The notes beneath the pieces are model-generated. The model made no database searches. It saw only the letters and a program-made list of their open reading frames with translations, and was not told where the DNA came from. The translations under genes were made by a program, and so were the position numbers. Below, in pieces: positions 49,251 through 61,552 of a stretch of DNA of 64,000 bases (positions are counted from its first letter, which is position 1; every line of letters starts with the position of its first letter). The stretch comes from Vicugna vicugna (taxonomy: Eukaryota), in the NCBI GenBank assembly GCA_013265495.1, contig MU058844.1, positions 15,453,878-15,517,877 of the forward strand, given 5' to 3'.

Positions 49251-51599
49251 TTGTTTTTGAACTGTATAGGTGTCCTTTAAAAATAATAACAACAGAAGAG
49301 ACTGTTTTCCTCATATAATGGGAAAGTTGAGTTAAGAAGAAAGCAGAGAACCCCTCTGAATGTTCTAGTTGTCCTAATTGTCTCCGCATTCGAATTGTTA
49401 ATGATGTCAATTACTTAGAGAACTGAATTGCTCATTGTTTTGAGTGGTCTACAAGAACAAGACATTTTCCCGCTGCAACAAGTGGGCGCATTACTTGATC
49501 GAATACACTACATCAAATGCTTGGTTTATAGTCCCAAGAATCAAATTTTGTGCAGAAGCAAAGTGAACGGCACAACAGGTAGTTATGCAGCTGATTCAAG
49601 CAAAAAGCCCTAAACCTACTATTAAAAAAAAAGAACCACCTGGCTATCTTGTCGATTTCACTAAACAATCCCTCATTTTAAAGTAATTAAACTCGTCTTC
49701 ATACTAAAAAGGTTTCACTGTGGTGCTTAATGTAGACAGAGATTTGGCTTCATAATCATTGATTAAAATCTTTGAAAGCCTGAAAACAACAGAGATCTAC
49801 AGGTACAAGAAATGATAAAATATATGTAAAATACTTGTGACAAAAGGTCAATTCTGTCCCTTTTTCCTCGCTTTTTTGTTCTTAGAATAAAAAACGCTTA
49901 CCGTTATATTTGCATAGCTTCTTCACTCCTAAAGCATCAAATTCTGGTTACAACAAAACCACCATTGTACTTTTTCTTCACAAAATGGTAAACAGAAATG
50001 TTCATTTGTTTTACTGGTTTTCTTTCCCTTTTTTTTCCTTTTTGGGATTTGAATAAACATGTAAAAATACATAAATCTCCAAAGATGAAATCTAACTCTC
50101 TTTAGTGTGCAGTGCTTGAAAGTATGAGAAACATTGTTAAGAGGAGAATGGTGCCTACGTGAAAATAAAACTGGAGGGTGCAGGCTTGAACTGAAGAAAA
50201 TAGGAATTAATTTAGAATTAAGCCTTCCTTTTTTTTTTAAATAACAATGTCTACATAAACAAAAATAAAGTTTTTTTTTTCCAGGTTAAAAATATGGAGT
50301 GAATGGCTGTGGGCAATGTTTTGTGTCAAAAGAGTTCTGCCGAGTTTTGATTGGTTTTTCTTTTAATTCGTTTTTCTTTTTTGTTTCAAACATTTTGCTG
50401 CTTTCTTGTGCTATCCCTGAGAGGAATATTTTAGCTCAAGAACTCCCCACTGATAAACAACACTTTTAGAAGCACAACTTATTGTACATTTACCATTATT
50501 ATCACCCACGTTTTCTGAAATGCCAAGGTCTAGAAAGAGGCTGATGACAGAAGGATGAAAAAAAATCACTTAAGAGGCGTAACCCAGTAAAGAGTTTTAT
50601 AAAATAATACTAAAGATCGTGTGAGGTCTCCTTTGGATACAAAAATCTAGAGATATAAATGAAGGTCCGCAAAGATTCATAGCAGGAGATGAAACCTACT
50701 CTTTCAGAAGGAGGTTATCCTCAATATAAAATTGCTGTTTATGCAGTAACATCCCACCCCTCTCCCTGACTGATTTTTGGGCAAATCTTCCTCACCTTTA
50801 ACCCAGCACAATGCGCATGGCTCCCCACATCTGCTGCACTTTCCTGCCTAACTCTGGAGCCTTTCTAGGGCCCCGAATCTGGACCACATTTAACAATAAA
50901 AATACTCAGCTCATGTCTGACTTTTCTCCCAAGTTCTCCCACATTTATCATTCCATACCCTTTACCATGCCTTTATCTCATGTGTGTTGAGAAAATCAAT
51001 CTCATGAATGCAGTCTTTCACCCCCCACTCAACTGCCTAAGAATGGACTTGAGACTGGAAGAACTGACCAAGAGAGAAAGCGCCATCACCGTGCATTCTG
51101 GACTTATCACCTTGTGTGGGGACATCTTTCCCCGTTTCAGACTCAACGTGTGCTCCTTTGTTCTGCCGAAACAAGTACGTCACAGGGCACCTGGTCAACC
51201 CTACTGCTGTCTGCATTCTTGTGCAAATGAGATGGGGTCCTTCTGCTACAGCACAAAAGGGATTAACTCCCCTGTGTTGGCTGCTGGGAAGGACCCAGTG
51301 GCCAGAGGGGACCAATCCCGCTGTTAGAGTTGATCTTGCTTTGTCTCTTTCTATGTGAGCAAAAGCTTTGTTCTATCCAGTACTTGATCGTGTTGTTTTT
51401 CTTGGCCACTCCCATTCTGAGATGCCGTGGGCAGAAGTGCTCAGATTTCTACTCCTGGCAGCAGGCAACAGATACCATTGGCTCAACAATGTGAGAGGCC
51501 CATCTCTCTTTCACCGTATGTCCTCCCCATCACTAGCATCCCCTACCTCTTTCATGAAGCCTTTTCTACATTCATGAAGGCCATATGTAAAAAAGTCAA

Positions 51600-51745
51600 G
51601 GACTGTCACATCAGCGAGACCCAGGTTCTAGTCCTGACCGTGACACATTTACTTACGTGTCTGTCACAGAACCTCTCTGAGCTTCAGCTGTCTCTAAGGT
51701 TCTTGTCAGTGTTGAACTGATGTAACAGAGGTATCCAGTAGGTAT
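51600..51745 (+). mobile_element. MIR SINE
   Basis: gagacccaggttctagtcctgaccgtgacacatttacttacgtg..aacctctctgagcttcag. Confidence 0.7.
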
Positions 51746-52884
51746 TCACTAAACATGAACCATTTTGATCACTCCAGATCCATTACTCAGTTTTGTTAGA
51801 CACTTTGGTTCTAAAGAAGAGAAAAGTCAGTCAAGGGGGTTAAGGTAACCAAAGAGGCTACTGTAAGTTAAACAGGCACAGGAAGTGCTGAACAACTTGG
51901 TCGCAGGAAGGGCAGGAATTTCAGCCTATTTTGGTCTTAGCACAAAACCGTGGTAGAGCTGAACTTTGGGGTTTTCAATGAATAGTCTTCCATTAATGTG
52001 ACGCAGTTACTCTGTGTCTACTTCTCCAGCTGTCCTATCAGCCGTTCCCTCCCATTCCCATATCCCCTTCTCTCCCCACTCCTTCTCTCTTCCTCTCTCT
52101 CTGCCCACCCCACCCCTGTCTCTGTCTCTATCTCTCTCCTCTCTCATAACTTCACCTTGCAAGAGGCCCGGCATAACCAACCCAACTTCTCTCTGCATCA
52201 TGACGTTCGGCCCCAGTCCCCACAGCTGCCTCCTTCTGTAACTATTTCCTGGTTCAGACTTGCTAACGGGAAATTGATCGACCCAGTTCATCCTTTTGCA
52301 CCCAGCACATGCCACTGAAATGGCTTCCTCTGGGGCAGGTGTCCAGTTGTTTGTGGGAACCGGGGTGAGAAGACAGGAGTCGGGAGTTCCTGGAACAAAC
52401 ATGGCTGCAAAAGCGCATCCTTTTCAGGGGTGTGAGCACAAGTGGATCCATGGGAAGAACAAACCCTGAAAGCGACATCAAGTAGACTGCTTTTTTTACC
52501 CCTAGAAACTCATCCACACTAATAACCAAAGGTTCTACATCTTATTTTGTTAGAACACATCCTGAAGGACAGAACAAAATGGAGAAGAGTGTTATACGCA
52601 GTTAACCTGAAAAATTCTGCTCCCCACCAGGAAATTCTAATGAGCCACCCTCCACCGTCCACAATCAGGTGGAAAACCACTCCTCAGTAGAATCTAATTT
52701 ATCTCTCAGCTATACATCATTTCAGATTGCTTACTGTTTCAATTTACTGACTTATTCCAAATTGGCTATGACCTTCTGAATCATAGGCACTGTGTTTTAT
52801 ACAGACACATCTTCGTACCCCTTCTCTTTCCCCTACCCTGAAGATCATGGGGTAACCACATAAGTGCTAAATTAATACTCTCAT

Positions 52885-53050
52885 AGACATACATAGCTTT
52901 AAAACTGGAAAGAACTTGGGAAATTGTCCCTCTTCTCATTGTGTCAGAGATGAGAAAACGGAGTCCAAGACAGGGAAGACAGCCTGTCCGAGGTCACACA
53001 GCTCATCAGTAACAAGGCTAAGACAAGAACCCAGGGAGGCGAAGGTCCTC
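52885..53050 (-). mobile_element. MIR SINE
   Basis: ctcattgtgtcagagatgagaaaacggagtccaagacagggaagacagcctgtccgaggtcacacagc..agaacccagg. Confidence 0.8.
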
Positions 53051-53244
53051 CCCACTGCTCCTGCACCCTCTGTGATAACTACTGCTGATGCGATTTACAA
53101 ACACCGGTATCTCAAACGCTAAAAAGACTCATTTACAATTTATGGAGCAATTACTGAATTCGTCAGATACTTCTTTCAACACTCAAGTAGTATGTACGTG
53201 TCTGTATACAAATTGAACAGCCAGAATCTCAGTATGTTCATATA

Positions 53245-53880
53245 CAGCCTGCTCTCATGATTACTAGTAGGTACGTTCTATAACATTGCTGCAAACCCCG
53301 AATTAACAAATACGGACTCACCGCTCCTCCGGAAAATACAGGATTAGGTGCCTGCAAGCCTTTGGTCCCATTTTGGTCATCAACTAATCAATATACAACA
53401 TTGCTTTAAGTCCGTCTCTGTTTAAAGACAATTTATCTATTAGATGTTGTTCATTCATTACCACTGAACTCGCGGTCAGCAGCACTGTAACTCGTGCCTG
53501 AACAAAGCTTATCCAACAAGCATGTTTTCTCTGTGAAGCACATCACAGCACTAAATAGCACTGGAGCACTTTAAACAGTGAAATCTCCAGCAAAAAGCCA
53601 ATCCGTGCAGGTGTAGGGGAGAGGCGAGGTGGCGGGGAGGAGGTGTCAAGAAGACACTATTCTGTAGGATGAGAGCTGATACAAGGAGGCAAAACATCGC
53701 CTTGTTTGACCTTGACTGGGACCATCTGTGTCCGGTGACTCAAATTTTTCACCATTCAGAAAATGTCTGAGAATGACCACGGAAGTGTCATGAGTATTGA
53801 TTTTTTTGAGATTACAAATAAATTTTAACGAGCAAACAAATTTGCAAATAACAGAACACTTAAACAATGAGGATTGCCTG
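53245..53880 (-). mobile_element. TcMar-Tigger non-autonomous element (about 640 bp)
   Basis: TA on both sides; degenerate TIRs cagcctgctctcatgatt ... aatgaggattgcctg; internal transposase 5' remnant (gcctgaacaaagcttatccaaca..ttttctctgtgaagcacatcacagc). Exact subfamily uncertain. Confidence 0.85.
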
Positions 53881-54914
53881 TATTTATATATGATCTAGGT
53901 GATGAAATTACATTCCATTTTCTTCCTGATACTCTGTGACCTCCTACCCACAGAAACTACTAGAGTAAAACAAGCAGTCAACAGTTCCTTTGATGCAAGT
54001 GGAACACAGCCTCCAGGACCACCCGTATGGATAACATTATCCACAACAAGGAGAGACACAAGCAAAACTGCATATTATTTACAAATAACTGTTGCTAGAT
54101 ACGACTACTTTCGTTCTTTCCAACTATATCAGCCTTGCATGTTAATGGATACCTCTATAATGCACTCACAGTAAAGAGTGCCTTTTAAAAACAAAATGAA
54201 TACATTTAGAACACAATATAGGTATTAATGGATATTCACGAGAGAAAAGGTTTTAAATGCTTGGGAAAAGAGATGCACATTTGCTTTCCAAAAATGACGA
54301 CTTACAAATGTATTCATCCTTGGGTCTATATAGCCTCAAACACAAGGTGACCTTTGAAAACTTGCCCGAATAGACATCATGAACTAGCAGCCCAAAGGCT
54401 GTATATCATACTCCTGAACGATGTTAACCCACTCAGTGTATTTTTTTTTAATTTGAATTAGTTGCCAAAAGTTATAAATTAGGAGAAGATAACCAAAATC
54501 AAATTTTCTGTATTCTCTTGAAAAAAAAAAAATCATTGTGACCCCTGCCCCTATTCTTGCCCGGAAATCACTAGCAAAGCACTGAATAGTAGCTGCCTCC
54601 AGGGCAGGACACCTGCCCCTCCTGTTGGCCTCAGGTTCTGGAATGTCCCCTCCCCCTCACACTACGGTTCAGGTCAGTTGCACTTTCCTGCTGTAAAGTT
54701 GAGAATAGGTTAATCTTACTAATCTATCCAAATGGAGGCAAAAAAAGAAAAAAAACAGCTGAGAATCACAGTTTTCACTTTCTCACACCTTGTTTATTCA
54801 CATCGACATTCGAGGTGGTGATTCCTGCCCTAAAGCTAAGGTAGACATCCTTCTGACTACAATGGTAAAACATCCTCCACGTGGAATCAAATGAGCTTAG
54901 CTATGGCTTTTTAC

Positions 54915-55110
54915 GGTTCACAGAGGCTCATGCATTATCTCATGTAATCTTTGCAGTAAAGATCAGGCTGGTAGAACAGGTCATTTCATCCTCACTCTAC
55001 CAAGAAATCCAGAGCCCACGGAGATGCAACAGCTTGTCCAAGGCCAGTGACTTGACTAAGGAAGGTGAAATCCAGTCTTTCTCAATTCCAGAGCATCGTC
55101 TACTCTGGGC
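54915..55110 (-). mobile_element. MIR SINE
   Basis: ttatctcatgtaatctttgcagtaaa ... cagagcccacggagatgcaacagcttgtccaaggcca. Confidence 0.7.
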
Positions 55111-55850
55111 TGCATACGAGCAAAAGGACTGATCCATACTTTATTGCATATTTCACTTTTTAAGTATATTCTGGTCATCAAGGTAAAACTCCAACGTGAC
55201 AGACGTTAAGGTGTTGCTTTTCTATTCCACACAGAAGAACCACCTTCAATTGAATAAGACTGCTTTTGTCCACATCACTCCATTAATGCTACTAAAAAAT
55301 ACACGATTCTGTGTGTGCGTGCCCCAGTGCACACACACTCTCCTCATCCCAAACGAGAACTGAAGCAATTTACCCTTATGACAAGATGAGAACGATTGAG
55401 AAGATTGTGTTTAAGGTAAAATAAAAGTCAAAGAAAGAAAATAAAACCAGAGGTATGATTAGCATCCGAGTATGAGCCATAATAATCAGATGCTTCTTTC
55501 AAGACCATCTATTTTACTCCGAGCTTCCCAGTGGTCAGTGCACAGATGGAAACACCATCAGCTACCCAATTCACAGTACCAAGCAAAAAAATAAGTCATC
55601 GTGTCTGAGAGATACCTTTCCCCCTAGAGTCCTCATAAACTCCCTTGGATGCAATTGGAAGACCCTGATTCTCCACCACATTATAACAGGGAATAAAACA
55701 ATAAGCCATAGTTCCTTTGGTTATTTCTTATATTTCCCGAAGCAGGCTGATGGCATCATGCCAAATCACAATTCAGTAAAAACAATCCTACTAAGAGCCG
55801 ATACAAAATAGTCTAGTTACTTAGCCAATCTGATGGTCAGATTAATAAAA

Positions 55851-55957
55851 TAGATAGGTAGGTAGGTAGGTAGGTAGGTAGATAGACAGATAGACAGATA
55901 GATAGATAGATAGACAGACAGATACATGGATACACGGATACATAGCTACATAGCTAG
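55851..55957 (+). repeat. Compound tetranucleotide microsatellite (TAGG)n(TAGA/CAGA)n with degenerate tail
   Basis: Directly visible. Confidence 0.95.
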
Positions 55958-56779
55958 TAGAATAAATATCTAAGAAAGTATCTCTAGGCAGCACAACTTG
56001 CAGGCATTCCATACGTACCGTTCTGCCCATTCAAGCTCCTGATCAAGTATTATGCAGAAAAGAGTTCAAGGTTAAAAATCTCTGACAAGATCTTGGCACC
56101 AAAAAATTTCACGTTATTGATTAAAGACAAATCCATAGCTTTTGACAGTGTACGAGGTGGGTGTAGGTTTGACACTGCACAGGAGATAATCGAAGCCCTT
56201 TCCCACAGTCCTATGGACTCCCAAGGGAGGCACTGAGGGCTAGGTCAGTGGTCCTTTTCTCACCTAGACAGCTGGCCTCTCCACGAGAGATAGGAAAGCG
56301 ACAAAGGCTATGACACTTGCCCACCCCGCCCTGAACTTCAGTCCCGTATCAGCAGCAGCCTGCTGAACATTTCCATCCGGCCATAATGTCTGTCCTTCAG
56401 TATGCTTTTCTATTCTCATATACCCAGTCTTCAGTGATGACCTCACTTCCTACCCAAGCCAGACCCCAGGGAGTCTGTCTATTTCCCTCCTTCCTGTCAC
56501 CCCACCATGGGTGACCAAGTCTTCCAGTGTTAGCTCTCACCCACTCTGCCCTCTCTCCAAGCCTGCCTCTGCTGCGCTGGTCCAGGAGAGAACCACCTCT
56601 CATCTGTGTTCCTGAATGATGCTTGTAATCACTTCCCTGCCTTTCCTTCTTCACATCTCTCTTCTTTCAGTCTGATGGCATCATCTTTCCAAAATAATAA
56701 CAGCAATAATAATAGCAGCATTTATTAAGACTTTACCATATGCCAGGTACTAAGTCCTTCATGTGTATTATCTCATACA

Positions 56780-58925
56780 TTTTTAAACTTCAGCTTTATT
56801 GAGGAATAACTGATACATAAAACTGTAAGCTGTTTAAAGTGTACATCGTGATGAGTTGCCATACATATACATTGTTAAAGAATTCTCACCATCTAGGTAA
56901 TTAACACATTCATCTCCTCACATATTTATCTTTATTTTTTTTTTGATGAGAACATTTAAGTTCTACTCTCTTAGCGAATTTCAATTATACAATATGGCGT
57001 TGCCATCAATAGCACGTTTTACATTAGATCCTCAGACCTCATTCACCTTATAGCTGAAAGTTTGCATACTTTTACCAACGTCTCCCTATTTCCCCCACCC
57101 CAACCCCCCAACAACCACATTCTACTCTCTGTTTCTTTGAGTTTAACTGTCTTTTCTTTTTTTTCCTAGATTCCACATATAAGTGGTTTATTTCACTTAA
57201 CATAATACTCTCAAGGTCTGTCCATATTGTCTCAAATGGCAGAATTTCCTTCCTTCTCACAACTGAATCATATTTAATTTAATATATACACACACATGCC
57301 ACATCTTCTTTATCCATTCATCTGCTGATGGACATTTAGGCTGTTTCCATATCTTTACTGTGAATAATACAATGAACATGGCAGTGCAGATATATCTTCC
57401 ATATCTTATTTTTANNNNNNNNNNNNNNNNNNNNNNNNNNNNNNNNNNNNNNNNNNNNNNNNNNNNNNNNNNNNNNNNNNNNNNNNNNNNNNNNNNNNNN
57501 NNNNNNNNNNNNNNNNNNNNNNNNNNNNNNNNNNNNNNNNNNNNNNNNNNNNNNNNNNNNNNNNNNNNNNNNNNNNNNNNNNNNNNNNNNTTNNNNNNNN
57601 NNNNNNNNNNNNNNNNNNNNNNNNNNNNNNNNNNNNNNNNNNNNNNNNNNNNNNNNNNNNNNNNNNNNNNNNNNNNNNNNNNNNNNNNNNNNNNNNNNNN
57701 NNNNNNNNNNNNNNNNNNNNNNNNNNNNNNNAGTTCCTCTGCCCATGTTTTAATCAGATTGTTTAATTTTTGCTGTTGAGTTGTATGAGTTCTTTGTATA
57801 TTTTGGATGGTAACCCNNNNNNNNNNNNNNNNNNNNNNNNNNNNNNNNNNNNNNNNNNNNNNNNNNNNNNNNNNNNNNNNNNNNNNNNNNNNNNNNNNNN
57901 NNNNNNNNNNNNNNNNNNNNNNNNNNNNNNNNNNNNNNNNNNNNNNNNNNNNNNNNNNNNNNNNNNNNNNNATTTACAGTGTAAGAAACTGGTCCACTTC
58001 TATTCTTTTTGCATGGGGCTGTCCAGTTTTCCCAGCACAATTTACTGAAAAGATCGTCCTTGCCCCATTGTATAGTCTTGGTTCCTTTGTCATACATTAA
58101 TTGACTACATATGTATATGTTTACTTCTGGGCTCTCTCTTCTGTTCCAGCGATCTTTTTGTCTGTTTTTTAGGCCAATACTTTACTGTTTTGATTACTAT
58201 TGCCTTGTAATATAGTTTAAAATCAGGAGGTGTGATGCCTCCAGTTTTGTCTTTCTTTCTCAAGATTGCTTTGACTATCCACAGGCTTTTGTGGCTCCAT
58301 ACAAACTTTAGGATTGTTTTTTTCTATTCCTGTGAAAAAAATGCTATTGGAATTTTAAGTGATTGNNNNNNNNNNNNNNNNNNNNNNNNNNNNNNNNNNN
58401 NNNNNNNNNNNNNNNNNNNNNNNNNNNNNNNNNNNNNNNNNNNNNNNNNNNNNNNNNNNNNNNNNNNNNNNNNNNNNNNNNNNNNNNNNNNNNNNNNNNN
58501 NATAGATCTTTCACCATCTAGTTCCATCTAGTTTCATACCCCTGTGGTTGGAAAAGATGCTCAAAATGATTTCAACCTTTCAAAATTTATTGACTTGCTT
58601 TGTGATTTAACATAAGATTTATCCTAAAAAATGTTCCTTGTGCATTTGAGAAGAATGTATATCCCACTGCTATTGGATAGAATGTTCTGTAAATATCTGT
58701 TAAGTCCTTCTGGTCTAACATGTAGTTCAAATCCAAAATTTCCTTATTGATTTTCTGTCTGGATGATCCATTGTTGAAAGTGAGGTACTGGATACTGAAA
58801 TCCCCTGCTATTATTGTATTTCTGTCCATTTCTCCCTTCAAGTCTGTTAACATTTGCTTTGCATATTTAGGTCCTCCTATATTGGGTGCATATCTCCCAT
58901 ATTCTTCAGAACTTTTTGAAATCAT
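56780..58925 (-). mobile_element. L1 (L1MA9-like) with 3' UTR, ORF2 C-terminus, RT-region and endonuclease remnants; partly N-masked
   Basis: 3' UTR gagaacatttaagttctactctcttagcgaatttcaattatacaat; ORF-track peptides YDKGTKTIQWGKDDLFSKLCWENW (57750-58097) and YAPNIGGPKYAKQMLTDLKGEMDRNTIIAGDF...DLTDIYRTFYP (58587-58925, APE domain). Confidence 0.92.
57415..58500. other. Unresolved bases: N runs 57415-57590, 57593-57731, 57817-57971, 58366-58500
   Basis: Directly visible; all lie within the L1. Confidence 0.99.
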
Positions 58926-58934
58926 CCCATTTTC

Positions 58935-59590
58935 AGATTAAAAAAATTGAGTCGCAAAGAAAATAATTATCTTTTCAAAGTTCACTCAGCCGGGACATAA
59001 TGGAGCCAGGATATGAGAAGGACCAGTTGAATTCACATACTGCACTCCTAACCACTGAGAAACAGAAAAACAGCCCCTGACATCTGCAAATTGGCCTGAA
59101 ATTCACAACGAGGCCACAATGTTCTCCTGTTGGTATAAACAATCTTAAAGCACAACGCGTCAGCCAAAGTCGCTGTGACTGTGATGAAGGGAGAACCAAA
59201 GCCAAGACCACTTATCTGGTCTCAGCACACACACAAATAAGGTCATTGTGTAAATACAGAAATACCAACACCCCCCAACTAATGTGAGTGCCTGCTGCCT
59301 CTTTACCAACTATAGCTTTAAACCCCTCTTGTCTACCCTTCTTAGGGATAAAATTGGCTGAGGTACTGAATCATAGAATTAACCTTGTTTCCTGACAGAC
59401 CTCAATCCAGAATGAACTCTCAGTTTTTTGGATACTCCCCCAAGTCACCCAGATCCAGGAAGTCCTTTCTAGCACCTTTTTACTGAGATGCTGCCCTATT
59501 GCCCATGGCATGGTTTTCCCTTCATTGTAATGAGCAATAAATCCAACTGTTTTCAATTACAGAGGTGTCTTTGGCTAAAGGACACTGACA
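58935..59590 (+). mobile_element. ERV1-class solo LTR (MER34/MER39-like)
   Basis: 3' end tttactgagatgctgcc..catggttttcccttcattgtaatgagcaataaatccaactgttttcaattacagaggtgtctttggctaaaggacactgaca; 5' boundary approximate. Confidence 0.75.
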
Positions 59591-60094
59591 CCACAATGCT
59601 CTACTACCTCTAATCATGATTTTTCTACGATGAAAAAACCCTTTTGATAGCTACACATTCCCTATGTGGAAAAACTCATTAAGAGGAAAACCCAATCCTC
59701 CATGCTCCTATCCATGCCTTTCTTCAGCCTCACTCTTACCATATCCTTCCTGCTGCCACGCCATCCTTGCCACCCATCTTCATGACTTACGACAGCAACA
59801 TTCCCAGACATTCCATACTTTCACACTTGCCATTGTTCCGCCTTGATGCTTTCTGCCCATCCCATCCTACAGCTCCCTCCCCTTCTGTAACCCCTTTCCC
59901 GTTCTGTAGGTTGCCACGCATTCCCCCTCCATGTACCTACAGCTCCCATACCTCTATTACAACATTTCTCCACCATATTAAAATTTTCACTTAATTTGTC
60001 TGCTCTGCCCACTTGCAACTCCAGACTTCCCTAGCATTTAAGCTCCAGGCATGCGAGTTTCATGCCTAATGTGTTAAGAGGATTCAGCCAGAAA

Positions 60095-60285
60095 AAGCAA
60101 GATTAGACAGGTAGGTTAAATTCACCATTCCATCACTTGGAACCTGCATAAAAGCAGACAACTAACTTAAATTTTCTGAGACTCCATCTCTTCATCCAGA
60201 GGGGGTTAAAAAAAAAAAAAGGAAAGATAATACCTTGTAGAGTTGATTTAAAAACTGAAAGTGGTTAGCATAGTGTCAGTTACTC
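60095..60285 (+). mobile_element. MIR SINE
   Basis: aactaacttaaattttctgagactccatctcttcatc..taataccttgtagagttgattt..gcatagtgtcagttactcaata. Confidence 0.6.
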
Positions 60286-60289
60286 AATA

Positions 60290-60692
60290 CAGGTTTCCCC
60301 TGCTATCCGAAAGTAGAACATTCTTATGAAACCTTCTGTGAGCCAGAAGAACATAAAGCAAAGGAACAATTACCTTAGGACACATCTTGCTAACGGATGC
60401 ACAAAACAAACTGAGATGAAGCACAGATGCTCCCAGACCTAGTTCAAAGCTTTGGTGGCCTGATGCCAAGATGTTGAGCATAGTTTCCAGGGAAGGAGCT
60501 TGGCGGTGTCACCATTTCAGCTCGGGGTGTGTGCTGCCTCTATCACGGCTCGGTGCAAAACAAACACCAAGTTCTATGTTCACTTTTCACCTTTTTTCAT
60601 GAAAGTGAAAATCCTCCTTGGATTTCTTTCAGTTACAGGTAGTAATGTAGGTTCTTCATAAAAGCAAAGCAGCGAAAAGCAGGGGATACCTG
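60290..60692 (+). mobile_element. TcMar (Tigger-like) MITE, 403 bp
   Basis: TIRs caggtttcccctgctatccg / cgaaaagcaggggatacctg, with TA TSD at 60288-60289 and 60693-60694. Confidence 0.85.
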
Positions 60693-60964
60693 TATATGCT
60701 CAATGAATTCAACAGTACAGAGCATGACAAACTAGATGAAACTCTTCTTTTGATATGCATTATGTCCCAGCCTCTCTATTTTTAAAAATTGCCATAACCT
60801 ACTTTCTCAGGAATTTGAGTTTGCATTAAATGCTATCCTATACGAGCTAGTGCAAGATAACCATGTAACTTGCACATGGCAACACATTTCTCTGAATGAT
60901 CACTCAGTTATAATCTTTAGACCAAGGGGAGACTACAGAGTTATTTAATCCAATGCACTCTCAT

Positions 60965-61552
60965 TTTTTAAAGAGATAAATTGTGATACAGTTGACCCTT
61001 GAACAACGTGCGGGTTAGAGGGACCAACCCTCATGCAGTCAAAAATCCACATGTAGCTTTACACACAGACCTTTGTACCTGTGGTTCCACATCCTTGGAC
61101 GCAACCAACCACAGACCACATAGTACTGCAGTACATCTTTATTGAACAAATCTGCATATAAGTGGACCCATGCAGTTCACATCTGTGTTGTTCAAGGGTC
61201 AACTGTATATTCATATGATGGAATTCTGCCACATGTATCGACAGGAATGAATTTTACAGACATATCAGTGAGTGAAAAGTCAGAAACAAAGAGCTTATAT
61301 GGATGATTCCACTTGCACAAAAACTAACGTACGGTGTTCGCAGTCAGGACAGCATTTTCTTTTGGGAAGGAGTGTGGGGTTAGTGACTGAGAGGAAGCCT
61401 GAGGGGGACTTCCTGGGTGCTGGTGATTCTATTTCTTGATCTGGACCTGGGTGGTGGTAACATGGCTGTTTTCACCTTGCAAAAGTTCACTGACACAAAA
61501 GCACGTGACATGACCACTTCTCTGTACATTTATTATGCTTTAATAAACATGG
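60965..61552 (+). mobile_element. L1ME-type 3' end, interrupted by MER8
   Basis: gataaattgtga|ta..ta|ttcatatgatggaattc ... tgagtgaaaagtcagaaacaaag ... tatttcttgatctggacctgggtggtggtaacatgg ... gctttaataaa. Confidence 0.8.
60989..61205 (+). mobile_element. MER8 (Tigger2-derived) MITE
   Basis: TIRs cagttgacccttgaacaac ... gttgttcaagggtcaactg with TA TSD. Confidence 0.92.

Noticed and set aside
57336-58531. ORFs containing long X runs
   Set aside because: Artefacts of N bases; the called parts are L1 ORF2 remnants.
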